Part shown: one piece after another, positions 43,051-52,516 of the stretch
Numbering within the stretch: position 1 is the stretch's first letter
How the letters are laid out: the number at the start of each line of letters is the position of its first letter
Source: an uncultured archaeon
Lineage (GTDB): Archaea; Iainarchaeota; Iainarchaeia; Iainarchaeales; VGJJ01
NCBI GenBank assembly: GCA_964363635.1
Contig: CAYIIU010000003.1
Span: 1-63,451 of the forward strand
DNA length: 63,451 bases
Reading direction: 5' to 3'
Program-made: the position numbers and the translations under genes
Notes under the pieces: model-generated
Databases searched by the model: none
What the model saw: the letters and a program-made list of their open reading frames with translations, nothing else
Told to the model about the DNA's origin: nothing

Positions 43051-44535
43051 TGCTACGATAATTTTGACTTTACTCTTTTCCATCTTCCCTTTCTTCACAC
43101 CCACAATTAATTGAACGTTGCTTTTTTCTGCGGCGTCAACCAATCGCTTCGTGACAATCCCATCACACACGATTGTGTGAACATTTTTCGCGGAGGCGAG
43201 CTTTTCGACCATATCCTTCACAGGAACAGAGGCGAGCTCTTTCTTATTCGCATCCAAAAATTTGGCGAGCTTCTTCCCTTTGACTTGGTCAATCAAACCC
43301 GCATATTCTTTCGAATCGACTGAAGACTCCACTGACTCGGCAACCGTGTCAGCGCCGCCCTGCACTTCGAATGTAGGCAAGGGCTTTCCGCCCGTTGCTC
43401 CAAAACGCGGACGAATATTTGAACGTGCCTCCGGAGCGGGAGCATCCATGTCTCGCTCGATTCCGCGAGGAGAATCAAATCCGCGAGGCATGTCTCGGCC
43501 ATGCATCGGACGCCCCATGCGGGGAGAAAATCCTTCGTCGCGTGAACGGGAATGCGGGTCCATTCTTCCGCGGGAATCTTCGCTCATTTCATCATCCATT
43601 CCGCGGCCGCGCATCGGGCGCATCTCATCGCGTCCGCGCGGTTGTGAACGGGAGTCCATTCGGTCGCTGTGGCTCATCCCGCGCTGGGTTTCTCTTCCGG
43701 AGACGCCAATGGAATCCAAGAACGTTTGAATGGGAACACGTCTGCGCAAAGCTTGAATGATTTCCTTCTGCTGCAGCTCTTCCACTTCTTTTCCATCCGG
43801 TGCCACGCACACAAACGGAACGATAGCAATCTGATGCAGCTTTCGTGCGTTCAATTCTCCGCCGCGGTCGCCATCAACAAATAACACGATTGTTTTTCGC
43901 CTTGACAACGAGACGATGTCCTGCGAAATGCGCGAACCGCCCATTCCAATGACATTTTTGATTCCGTGCTTGAGCAAGTTCACGACATCCGCGCGGCCCT
44001 CCACGACAATCACTTCATCATTCGTTTCAATATCCGGACCCGCGGACAAACGGTCGCGGCCGAACTCTACTAAGGCGCCGGCGCGCGCGTCGGAGCGGAT
44101 TTCTTCCGTCAACGTGTCGATTTCAGGTGTCTGTTCGAGTTTGAGTCGCGAAAGAAGCTCTTTGGCCCGCTTCGCGATGTCCGCACGCTTGTTTTGTCGA
44201 ACGTCTTCAATAGTGGTCACGCGAAACTGCGATTCGCAAGGACCGACTTTGTCAACGGTTTCCATCGCAGCGGCCAACACACTCGTCTCGGCCATATCCA
44301 TGGACGTGGGAATGAAAATTTCTCCATTGGTGTTTCCCCCTTCCGGGTGAACATTCACTTCAATCCGCCCTACACGTCCTTTCTTTTGCAATTCGCGCAA
44401 ATCCATCTCCTCTCCTAAGAGGCCTTCACTCTGTCCGAAGACGGCGCCGACAATGTCAGGTTTGTCAACGACGCCTTTAATCGTAAACTGAATCTTAATC
44501 ATGTATTTGACTGCGTCAACATACGTTTTAGCCAT
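43048..44535 (-). CDS. dnaG: archaeal DnaG primase (TOPRIM) with an internal R/G/D/M-rich insertion
   Basis: KYMIKIQFTIKGVVDKPDIVGAVFGQSEGLLG is the archaeal DnaG N-terminus. TOPRIM motifs VIVVEGRADV and LFVDGDRGGE are present. I start at the ATG at 44535 because the track start at 44568 is TTG. Confidence 0.88.
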   Translation of the reverse strand: MAKTYVDAVKYMIKIQFTIKGVVDKPDIVGAVFGQSEGLLGEEMDLRELQKKGRVGRIEVNVHPEGGNTNGEIFIPTSMDMAETSVLAAAMETVDKVGPCESQFRVTTIEDVRQNKRADIAKRAKELLSRLKLEQTPEIDTLTEEIRSDARAGALVEFGRDRLSAGPDIETNDEVIVVEGRADVVNLLKHGIKNVIGMGGSRISQDIVSLSRRKTIVLFVDGDRGGELNARKLHQIAIVPFVCVAPDGKEVEELQQKEIIQALRRRVPIQTFLDSIGVSGRETQRGMSHSDRMDSRSQPRGRDEMRPMRGRGMDDEMSEDSRGRMDPHSRSRDEGFSPRMGRPMHGRDMPRGFDSPRGIERDMDAPAPEARSNIRPRFGATGGKPLPTFEVQGGADTVAESVESSVDSKEYAGLIDQVKGKKLAKFLDANKKELASVPVKDMVEKLASAKNVHTIVCDGIVTKRLVDAAEKSNVQLIVGVKKGKMEKSKVKIIVA

Positions 44536-44564
44536 ATTTTGTATCAACTCTTTTTGGTAACGAG

Positions 44565-44846
44565 TCAACGAGAGTTCAGAATTTGTTCAATGCGTTCACG
44601 CGGAAGCGGAATATCCAAAACTTTTTTGGACGAAGAATGACCTTTACTTATTTTTACTGGAACGCCAAACAGGCGCGAGCATTCTTTTTCGAGTTCCGCA
44701 TTGGCTTGATTTTGTTGCGGACGTGAAACCACGTGGACGTGCCACATGTTTGTCCAGATGTCTTTTTTCACAAAACCAAAAATTGGCTTGCGGGGATGCA
44801 CCGAAATGCTCAATGAGGATTTCGGCACCCGACTCAACACCTTCAA
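44565..44846 (-). CDS. DUF167/YggU-family protein
   Basis: HVHVVSRPQQNQANAELEKECSRLFGVPVKISKGHSSSKKVLDI resembles the DUF167 core (..GKAN..L...L......v.i..G..s..K.i.i). TTG start. Confidence 0.55.
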   Translation of the reverse strand: MKVLSRVPKSSLSISVHPRKPIFGFVKKDIWTNMWHVHVVSRPQQNQANAELEKECSRLFGVPVKISKGHSSSKKVLDIPLPRERIEQILNSR

Positions 44847-44865
44847 ACGGATAAGCGTGAATACT

Positions 44866-44896
44866 ATTTTTCGCCGGCCTTTTTCCTAAAAAGGCC
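44866..44896. repeat. TTTTTCGCCGGCC-hairpin repeat, copy 2
   Basis: The sequence is TTTTTCGCCGGCCTTTTTCCTAAAAAGGCCG. Confidence 0.7.
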
Positions 44897-44992
44897 GTTG
44901 AACAAAGCCCGAATCTCGGACTCTATGAAAGGAATAGAGATGAATGTGTTTAAAAACCGGGTTGCGAGGGTAAAAGCCCTCAAAAAGGCAAA

Positions 44993-45667
44993 TTAGCCCA
45001 CTTTACGGCGGCGGACGAGATTTTTATGCGACCAACGGGAACGCGAGGTAATGGCACGCTTGCCGGACGGGTGCGGAGGAACATAGTATTTAGGGGGCAC
45101 GTGCTTCCACATGTCACGGGCGATTTTCTCGCGAAGGAAACAGAGGCCGTCGTTTAACGAGTAATCAAAAACAGGACTTTCGGAAACAAGCGAGGAATCG
45201 CGTTTTCCCAATTGTACGATGCGCGCGGGACGAGGATCAATATGCCACACTTTTTCCACGAATAAAAAATTTTTTTGAACAAAATTTAACACAATGTATT
45301 CGGATAATTGAGCAATGCCCGCTTTGCGCAGCTTTGCTTGACGCTTGGCATTGAAATTAAACGGCGACCACGCGGAAGGAACATTATCCAACGGATGATA
45401 ACTCGCCCACTCCATCGAACGAGTGTTGGGATCGACGCTCAGACTCATGGTTCCAAGTTTAAATCCTAGAGCAACGCGCGCGTGCTGAATGACCTTACGA
45501 ATATTTTTGTTGGAGAAAAAACGAATGAGAGGAAAGTCCTTTGAGTTAAATGACGGGCGCACCGATTTTTCTCCTACGAATAGAGTAGCTGAAACAAATT
45601 CTTTGGGGTGGTGAGTAGGTTGGACGCGCGCAACGACCCACACACCAAGAAGAGGTTTGTCATCCAT
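44993..45667 (-). CDS. hypothetical protein
   Basis: 224-aa ATG ORF with a basic C-terminal tail. No family recognised. Confidence 0.5.
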   Translation of the reverse strand: MDDKPLLGVWVVARVQPTHHPKEFVSATLFVGEKSVRPSFNSKDFPLIRFFSNKNIRKVIQHARVALGFKLGTMSLSVDPNTRSMEWASYHPLDNVPSAWSPFNFNAKRQAKLRKAGIAQLSEYIVLNFVQKNFLFVEKVWHIDPRPARIVQLGKRDSSLVSESPVFDYSLNDGLCFLREKIARDMWKHVPPKYYVPPHPSGKRAITSRSRWSHKNLVRRRKVG

Positions 45668-45741
45668 GAAAATACACTAGCGGACGAGTATATATTTATC
45701 GGCGGAAGACGGCTTATTAACTTGGAAGATGTGAACACAAC

Positions 45742-46149
45742 ATGACCCACTATAACAAGGGAGCGAATGCGGAACGGGAACTGCTTCAAACCCTTTACAA
45801 CGCAGGAATGGCCGTTTGTAGAGCGGCGGGGAGTGGAAAAGGAAAGGATATGATTCCCACGCCCGATGCCATTGCACTCACGAATGGAAAAATTTATGCG
45901 TTCGAATGCAAAGCGTGGAAAGCGGATAACTTGAGCATATCCCACACGCAAATGAATGATTTGGAAAAATGGTGCTCCCTTGCAGGAGCTGAATTGGTCA
46001 TCGCATGGAAGATTCCCCGACAGGGATGGAGATTCATGAAGAAGGACGACTTCCACGTGAATGAAAAAAGCTATGCCATCCACCGCGACAGAGCCTTTGC
46101 GGTGGGAAAAAAGATCGAGCATTTCCTCGTAAAACCCCTCGAAATTTAG
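45742..46149 (+). CDS. hjc: Holliday junction resolvase Hjc
   Basis: KGANAERELLQTLYNAGMAVCRAAGSG...PDAIAL...IYAFECKAW shows the E...D...E-x-K catalytic pattern of Hjc. Confidence 0.88.
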   Translation: MTHYNKGANAERELLQTLYNAGMAVCRAAGSGKGKDMIPTPDAIALTNGKIYAFECKAWKADNLSISHTQMNDLEKWCSLAGAELVIAWKIPRQGWRFMKKDDFHVNEKSYAIHRDRAFAVGKKIEHFLVKPLEI

Positions 46150-46170
46150 TCCGAAAAACCAACCCTTAAA

Positions 46171-46359
46171 ATGGATTTGTCGTGTATTAGCTGTATGAAC
46201 CAACCCTTGGAAATGACCATCGCCGAGCTCGAACAGCTGCGCACGAAACAACCATCGTACAGGGCCAAAGTCTATTTAGAATGGGCCATCGAAAACTTGA
46301 AGAAATTCCACGCACTGGACCAAGTCGAAGGCATCGTGAACAAAAGCAAAAAACAATGA
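46171..46359 (+). CDS. hypothetical small protein
   Basis: 62-aa ATG ORF directly after hjc. No family recognised. Confidence 0.3.
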   Translation: MDLSCISCMNQPLEMTIAELEQLRTKQPSYRAKVYLEWAIENLKKFHALDQVEGIVNKSKKQ

Positions 46360-46383
46360 ACAAAAATTGTTCAAAATCTTTTT

Positions 46384-47058
46384 TTACACAAGCGTTGCAA
46401 CAAACATGAGCACCACGCCAATGAGGGCCATGACGATGAAGATGATGACGGAGTCAATCGTGAGAACGCTTCCAAAGTTCACGATGAACAAAAACAAATC
46501 CGCGAGAACGAATAACACTCCGAATGCGAGCAGGGCCATGGAAATCATTCGGTTTTGATTACCCACGCCGCGCAATTTTATTTCATCCTGATCGACTTTC
46601 ACCTGCTGAACATCCTTTCCCAGCTCATTCACGCGCACGCGAATCCTCTCGGCGAGATCAGTGAATTTTGAAACAGTATCACCGGTTTGCGTTTCAAAAT
46701 TCCTTCGCTGCATAGAGACTTGATTCTCGTACTCCTGCAAATCCTTCTTGATGGTTTCCGCCATCCCTTTCGTAGAGGCCTGCACGGCAGACTGGGCTTG
46801 CTGCTGCACATAGACATTGAGATTGTTTTTCTCCGCATCCACATCCTGCTTCACAATTTTGGAAATTTCGCTTCTCAACAAGGCAAACGTGTCGGCTTGC
46901 GCCAAAAGAAGAAGACGCTGGGCCTTCTGGGGCTCCACTCCCAATTGCTGCAAGGTTTGGAGAATCTTTTCCTCGGACTCTCCTTCGCGCACCATCGTCT
47001 GAATAATCTCAATGATGCTCGGCTCGGCGCTGGAAGAAGACGCGGGAATGGGGGGCAT
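46384..47058 (-). CDS. tail-anchored coiled-coil protein (hypothetical)
   Basis: Long Q/E/K-rich helical region followed by two C-terminal hydrophobic helices. Confidence 0.5.
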   Translation of the reverse strand: MPPIPASSSSAEPSIIEIIQTMVREGESEEKILQTLQQLGVEPQKAQRLLLLAQADTFALLRSEISKIVKQDVDAEKNNLNVYVQQQAQSAVQASTKGMAETIKKDLQEYENQVSMQRRNFETQTGDTVSKFTDLAERIRVRVNELGKDVQQVKVDQDEIKLRGVGNQNRMISMALLAFGVLFVLADLFLFIVNFGSVLTIDSVIIFIVMALIGVVLMFVATLV

Positions 47059-47867
47059 TAGGAAACACTTCCATTGGAATCCGATGATGCATTGGCATCG
47101 GCGCTCGAATTGATATCCACTAATGCGTTCGTGTCCATGAAATTATTTTCATCCGAAACATTAAGATCCATCGCATTCACGTCCGGGTCGGGCAAAACGA
47201 GAATGCTATACTCACGCTTCACCAGCACGTTCGAAGGAGTGAAAACCCGTATTTTAAATGAGAGGTTCTCACGTGAAACAAGGGGAGTAAACGTGAGAAG
47301 AACCGAACTCTCCCCATCCGGAGAAAGACCCCACTCCGAAATGGGAGGATTGACCCCCCACGCAGGGTTGTCCAACTCAAGAGAGGCGCTCACCATATGG
47401 GAAACGGCATCCAAACTTTTTCCGGTTAAACGAACGAAAACGGGCTTGTTCTGCGTCCCGAGGGGGTCCACTTCTAATGTAACTGAAATAGCCGGAATGG
47501 CATTGCCGAATGTGCCTGCCAGCACCACAATTTGACGGGAAAGATGATAGGGTGCACTCACTTGAAGCGTATATTTTCCATCCACCAAAAATTGGTGGTC
47601 AAGGGTAATGGGTTTTGTTTCGCGGGAAAGGAGAATATCAATCACTTGCCCCCCCACAATCTTCCCATCCACTACATAGGAGACCGTGACGCTACGAATG
47701 GCGTGGACCGAATCGTTCGTCACAAGGATGCGATCCGCTTGACCAGTGGGATCCGACAAGATGTTCAATCCCGAATTGAAAAACAAAAAATACAGCAGGC
47801 TCCCGCCGAATGCTATCAGAATGACAGCCATGGCCCTCATGATCTTTTGGCGGCGAAGCTCATTCAT
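47058..47867 (-). CDS. membrane-anchored extracellular protein (hypothetical)
   Basis: The ATG at 47867 gives MNELRRQKIMRAMAVILIAFGGSLLYFLFF. The longer track ORF would overlap the GTPase gene. Confidence 0.5.
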   Translation of the reverse strand: MNELRRQKIMRAMAVILIAFGGSLLYFLFFNSGLNILSDPTGQADRILVTNDSVHAIRSVTVSYVVDGKIVGGQVIDILLSRETKPITLDHQFLVDGKYTLQVSAPYHLSRQIVVLAGTFGNAIPAISVTLEVDPLGTQNKPVFVRLTGKSLDAVSHMVSASLELDNPAWGVNPPISEWGLSPDGESSVLLTFTPLVSRENLSFKIRVFTPSNVLVKREYSILVLPDPDVNAMDLNVSDENNFMDTNALVDINSSADANASSDSNGSVS

Positions 47868-47985
47868 GGAGGTAAAATGAAATTCGTGTTTTTTAAGGGC
47901 GTGGTTTAATACAGCGGGTTTTCCCCGGGCTTCATTGCAAACCATTGATTTGCGATGCCAGCAAAGCAAATGCTTTGCCCGGTTC

Positions 47986-48744
47986 TCAAAAGGCCGGAGT
48001 GATGCCCTGCTGCCAATCCTGAATGAGTTTGATGGCCGCAGAATGAACATCGGGAACCCCGCCGCGCTGGATTTTGTTCCAGTGTTTGGCAAGCGTTTCA
48101 AGTTGCTCATCCCCATCTCCTTTCGCCGCGACACCGTATGTCCTGACAAGCCAATCCTTCCAATAAGGGTGGTCGGGCAGCCATTCGAGCAATTCCATCG
48201 CTAAAGTGATGACGTCCTTCAATTGGTTTACCGACTTTGCATTAAACAGCATGAGTTTGAATGAATCGTGCTCGGCGATGGGAATGACACCCGGCGTGTC
48301 AATCAAGTAAACATCTTCTTTCAATTTCACAAATGCTTTTCCGCGGGTGAAACCGGCTTGTTTACTGGTGGGAGCGGCGTGACGCCCAGACAATGCGTTA
48401 ATGACACTCGACTTTCCTGCGTTAGGATAGCCAATCACGGCGATTTTTCCGCCGTCTTTCAAGCGCGAAAAAATGAGCGAACGCAAACGGTTGATATTTT
48501 TCTTGGGTGCGCACGAGATTGGAATCGAATCAATCTCCTCTTTCTTGAACTCTTCAGAAGCAGGATTTTTTCCGTGCAGCAAATCCATCTTGTTCAGCAC
48601 GACGATGTACGGAATCTTGTTGCGCGAAAGAAAATTTTCCATCTCGGCGTTGCGCATGAAAGACGCAAAACGCGCATCGACGATTTCCAAAACAAGATTG
48701 GCGTCCTTGACGGCTTCGAACGCATGACGAAAGAGGGAGGACAT
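47986..48744 (-). CDS. circularly permuted GTPase (YlqF/RbgA/MJ1464-like ribosome-biogenesis GTPase)
   Basis: G4 VLNKMDLL precedes G1 GYPNAGKSSVINAL and G3 LIDTPG. Confidence 0.85.
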   Translation of the reverse strand: MSSLFRHAFEAVKDANLVLEIVDARFASFMRNAEMENFLSRNKIPYIVVLNKMDLLHGKNPASEEFKKEEIDSIPISCAPKKNINRLRSLIFSRLKDGGKIAVIGYPNAGKSSVINALSGRHAAPTSKQAGFTRGKAFVKLKEDVYLIDTPGVIPIAEHDSFKLMLFNAKSVNQLKDVITLAMELLEWLPDHPYWKDWLVRTYGVAAKGDGDEQLETLAKHWNKIQRGGVPDVHSAAIKLIQDWQQGITPAF

Positions 48745-48755
48745 AACTCAACTGG

Positions 48756-49121
48756 CTACAAGAGCTTTAAATGACCCGTGTATTTTTTGAGTTCGTTCTC
48801 GTTCGCGGGGCCAATACCAATGCACGTTTTCGTGTTGGGAGCTATTTGCGTGTGGCCGGCATCGGTGATGAGGGCGGCGGGAAATTTTGATTTGACTTGT
48901 TCGAATAATTGCAACAATTCCTTTTCATTGTCAACTTTCACCACAATTTTCTGCATCCCTTCATCCAACCATTCTTGATACTCGTTTCCCCACTTTCGCT
49001 CCTGCGATTTGAGGAATGCGGCGATGGACGCATGGGCAACTTGAGCGCAGGTCTTCCCATTTCCCATTTTGAGGTCTTTGCGAACGACTAAAACTTGCGT
49101 GTACATGCTGACTTCACCCAT
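48756..49121 (-). CDS. pth2: archaeal-type peptidyl-tRNA hydrolase Pth2
   Basis: Motifs VVRKDLKMGNGKTCAQVAHAS...KIVVKV...ITDAGHTQIAPNTKTCIGIGP. Confidence 0.9.
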   Translation of the reverse strand: MGEVSMYTQVLVVRKDLKMGNGKTCAQVAHASIAAFLKSQERKWGNEYQEWLDEGMQKIVVKVDNEKELLQLFEQVKSKFPAALITDAGHTQIAPNTKTCIGIGPANENELKKYTGHLKLL

Positions 49122-49162
49122 GGGAAGTATTTAACTCTGACACATTTAGCATGGACACTAGA

Positions 49163-50170
49163 CTATCGATATTTTTCCAAAAGCTTGCGCATGCGAGCAA
49201 GAGCTTGTCGATTTAGTTTTGAAACATAGCCCTTGGTCACACCCATTTCTACAGCAACCGCTTTGAGAGACTCCCCAAGGACGTTATGAGCAATGATAAC
49301 ATCCTGCTCTTTACTGGGAAGACGATCATACGCGAGCAATAAAACCTCTCGCCATCCTCTTGAACCGACTTTTCGACTGGCCAATAAATCTTCTATATCA
49401 AAAGGCGACCGCTCCCCACCGGATTCAAGCGAATGAATAGAGGCAATTCGACCCTTATTGCGCGAATACCCCTCCGCTGCATTCCTTGTTCGAAATACAT
49501 CTCCCACGGACTGCTTAACATATTGCCGCAAAACTTTCAAAAAATCAATTCCAAGATCAGCATTAAACCGCTGACATTTAAGCATCAAATCGGCTTGGAT
49601 ATCGGAATACAACTCATCTACTTCCTGCCTCAATCTATTAGGATGAATATAGTTTCTTAACGCATTTCTAATTACACCTCTCACGAATACTTTATTTTTT
49701 TCGATTAAAGCAAACGCTTCTTCTCTCGTTCGATAAATGGGGGGAGTTGGACGAGTATTAATAACACCGCCTTTCGAAAGGAGAGCGGTAACGCGATTCG
49801 CATTTTCTTTTCCGGCTGCGGCGGTTAATTCAATACGAAACGTTTTGAGGCCTTTGATGTAAATACGATAGTCCGTAGAGGTCAGTTCAGCCGCGTGTTT
49901 TTTGTAAATTTTTTCAGCCGTTTCTAATGCTTGAATACGGCCTGCGACGAGCGTCCGATAGGCCCTAAAAAAACTAATTCGTTCAGGTGGGGAGAGACGG
50001 GAAGAAAGAAGTCGAACTTGTTCTTCGACTGCTTTTTTCGTGGCCGGAGAACGTTTAACGCGCCCCGGTTTAGACCAGTGAGGGATGCGCGTTTGGGCGG
50101 TGGATAAAAAACGAAGATTGGCCGCTTGATGGGCCTTCATTAAATAATTAGGAGTGCTTTTCGGGGGCAT
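49163..50170 (-). CDS. sigma-70-family-like protein (region 2-like + region 4 HTH) with an N-terminal extension of about 150 aa
   Basis: ELYSDIQADLMLKCQRFNADLGIDFLKVLRQYVKQSVGDVFR is region-2-like. LPSKEQDVIIAHNVLGESLKAVAVEMGVTKGYVSKLNRQALARMRKLL is a region-4-type HTH. Confidence 0.6.
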   Translation of the reverse strand: MPPKSTPNYLMKAHQAANLRFLSTAQTRIPHWSKPGRVKRSPATKKAVEEQVRLLSSRLSPPERISFFRAYRTLVAGRIQALETAEKIYKKHAAELTSTDYRIYIKGLKTFRIELTAAAGKENANRVTALLSKGGVINTRPTPPIYRTREEAFALIEKNKVFVRGVIRNALRNYIHPNRLRQEVDELYSDIQADLMLKCQRFNADLGIDFLKVLRQYVKQSVGDVFRTRNAAEGYSRNKGRIASIHSLESGGERSPFDIEDLLASRKVGSRGWREVLLLAYDRLPSKEQDVIIAHNVLGESLKAVAVEMGVTKGYVSKLNRQALARMRKLLEKYR

Positions 50171-50220
50171 TCACTCACTAGACGATTGAGCTATTAATAA
50201 GATTTCGGAATGCCCAAAAA

Positions 50221-50631
50221 TTACTGATTCGGACGATAAATTTCCGAATCGGGATTGGAGGCGTTGTCCGTGGCCTGCGTCTGCGCGGGGGCGGGGATGG
50301 ACTCCCCACTGGCCATTTTGACATCGCGCAAGACGACTGTTTTCGTGACGCCGTTATCCTCCCACAAGGAGGAGAATTTCTTGGACTCATGGAGACCCAA
50401 CCATAATTGACGCACGGTGGGGTGCTCGTATCCTTTGAGGGTGTACATTCGGCTGTATCCCAGCAAAATACGATCTCCTTGAATGGCTTTAATGGTAAAA
50501 AGAGGGGTTCCATCCTTCAGTTGTTCAAGTGTTTCGCCCTCGTTCACGGTAAAAGACTTGGTATCGCGCTTCTTGGCAAAAGGAGGCTTCCAATCCTGCA
50601 TTAACGATTCGACTTCAACCACGGCGTGCAT
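50221..50631 (-). CDS. hypothetical protein (co-directional, upstream of the sigma-like gene)
   Basis: 136-aa ATG ORF. No family recognised. Confidence 0.45.
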   Translation of the reverse strand: MHAVVEVESLMQDWKPPFAKKRDTKSFTVNEGETLEQLKDGTPLFTIKAIQGDRILLGYSRMYTLKGYEHPTVRQLWLGLHESKKFSSLWEDNGVTKTVVLRDVKMASGESIPAPAQTQATDNASNPDSEIYRPNQ

Positions 50632-50767
50632 ATATTCAACCCCTTAAATTCCATAACAACCCTGAGCGGATTCGTCAGAATAACGGTTTCAAGATATATA
50701 AGCTTAGGGTCGACGAATGGCGAACCGCTTCCTGAGGGTTTAAAGCGAGGAAAACCGTTTAACGAAC

Positions 50768-51850
50768 ATGGGCTTCCTTCAACTCCTCGAAAACGCCATC
50801 ACCTACATCCAACGCGTGCAAAAAAGGCACGACCAGCTGGGCATAACCTTGCGTGAAAATGGAAAAAAAGGCCTCTCAACGAATCACGGGGAAAAAACGC
50901 TGGAAAAAACCATCTCGCAGCCAATCGTGAAAACATTGAACGAGGGAAAAATCGCCGGGGTGGACTCCGGGTTTGCCGGGCAATCATTTTACTCCCTCGA
51001 TTTGATGCTGCTGCGCACGACGGGAGCGTGTTTCACGTACGAAAAAGGAAAACTTGCGTCTTCACTTTATCATCCGGAAACATCTTCACTTCCGGAACCC
51101 ATCATCAACACGCAGGGATTGGAACGCGAAGACTTCCACAAGTTCGTTTCACTCACACGACTGCAAGCGGAAATACTCTGCGCCACAGAAATGATTGAAA
51201 CACAAAAACCAAATGCACTCTTCATCGACGGAAGCCTCATACTCCATCCGATGGACAAACCTTCCTCGGAATCCGCGCTCGGAAAAGAATATGAGAAAAC
51301 GATTGCGGGGTTTGTGAAATTGTATCTCACGGCGGAAAAAAATGCGTGTACACTCATTGGGGCGATTGAAGATTCGCGCTCGACAAGGTTAGCAGAATTG
51401 CTGCATGAACAGCAAATGATTACGATGGAAAAAAATGAAGTATTATCCGACGTTTCCTTGTTGGATAAGGCACTCAATGCCGGTGAAAGGAGCATTGTTT
51501 TTTCATTGACGGAAAACAAAGAGAAACACGCGATATTGAATGACTTTCCTGCGAATTGGGCCGCGCAATTGCACGCGTGCTACGTGAAACCCTCGCAGTG
51601 GGACTATCTACTGCGAATCGAATTCGTATGCACACCCGAAAACGCCATCGCGACAGCAAACCGCGCCAGCAGCATCGCCTTCGCCCAGAGTGCGGTGCAC
51701 AAGGATTATGCGTTTCCATCCGTTTTGATTGAGGCGGATTTGCGTGCTGGATTGAAACCGGAAGAAGTGGAATTGGTTAGCGACAAGATTCTTTCTAAAT
51801 TGGGAAGACACACATTGCGTTTGAAACGGCGCGATAGACGGCCGTTTTGA
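50768..51850 (+). CDS. nurA: NurA 5'-3' nuclease
   Basis: IAGVDSGF and ALFIDGSLILHP (catalytic Asp contexts of the NurA domain). Length is 360 aa. HerA is encoded nearby. Confidence 0.75.
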   Translation: MGFLQLLENAITYIQRVQKRHDQLGITLRENGKKGLSTNHGEKTLEKTISQPIVKTLNEGKIAGVDSGFAGQSFYSLDLMLLRTTGACFTYEKGKLASSLYHPETSSLPEPIINTQGLEREDFHKFVSLTRLQAEILCATEMIETQKPNALFIDGSLILHPMDKPSSESALGKEYEKTIAGFVKLYLTAEKNACTLIGAIEDSRSTRLAELLHEQQMITMEKNEVLSDVSLLDKALNAGERSIVFSLTENKEKHAILNDFPANWAAQLHACYVKPSQWDYLLRIEFVCTPENAIATANRASSIAFAQSAVHKDYAFPSVLIEADLRAGLKPEEVELVSDKILSKLGRHTLRLKRRDRRPF

Positions 51851-51867
51851 AAACCCAAAAATAAACA

Positions 51868-52434
51868 CTAAAATAAGTCAATCAATGGAACAAAGACAAA
51901 CTTTTTTTTGCGATAACCAACCAGCAGCAAATTGTCGGTACGAATCCCCGTGCGCTTATGCACTAACTCGGCGGCAGTGGCCAATTGTTCAATCGTCGTA
52001 CCATTTTTTTGGGCGAGGCGACCAAAATACAACTGCCCGCGCCGAGTGGTGTGCTCCAAAACCTCTTCGACAGAAGGATAGTCTTCCTTGGACATTGCAA
52101 CAATATTTTTATCGATAGCATATGCCTTAGGCATGATGAGCTGATACTCTTTGGGGGGATAGACTTTGTTGTGGGACTTTACCTTACTAAAAATAATACG
52201 CAATGTTCGCTGCGCACTCGCATCATGAACCCACTTAAGAGCAACTGGAATCACGGACGTTTTAGACAAATCAATTTCACGCACACGCGTACCACGGGGA
52301 AAATGCTCATGAGGATTTTCTTCAACAATGCCACGGTGATCAATATTCCTAAATTGATTAAACGCTCGACGAATACGCTCAGCATGGTAACGAAGACGGT
52401 CTAAAACGCGACGAGGGATGCGGCGAAGAACCAT
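51868..52434 (-). CDS. hypothetical protein between nurA and herA
   Basis: 188-aa ATG ORF with an Arg-rich N-terminus. The antisense + ORF 51985-52404 is less protein-like. Confidence 0.45.
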   Translation of the reverse strand: MVLRRIPRRVLDRLRYHAERIRRAFNQFRNIDHRGIVEENPHEHFPRGTRVREIDLSKTSVIPVALKWVHDASAQRTLRIIFSKVKSHNKVYPPKEYQLIMPKAYAIDKNIVAMSKEDYPSVEEVLEHTTRRGQLYFGRLAQKNGTTIEQLATAAELVHKRTGIRTDNLLLVGYRKKKFVFVPLIDLF

Positions 52435-52516
52435 ACTATTGTTTTAATTTCAATCTTTATATTCCGGCGCCCCACCCCCCATACCCTTAAAACGGATTAA
52501 ACCATACTAGAAAAAT

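Noticed and set aside
43262-43729. 155-aa + strand ORF, and other ORFs, inside dnaG.
   Set aside because: It is the antisense shadow of the repetitive R/G/D-rich coding segment of dnaG.
45574-46251. 225-aa minus-strand ORF covering hjc.
   Set aside because: The + frame gives a textbook Hjc sequence. The minus ORF has no motifs and would overlap two neighbouring genes.
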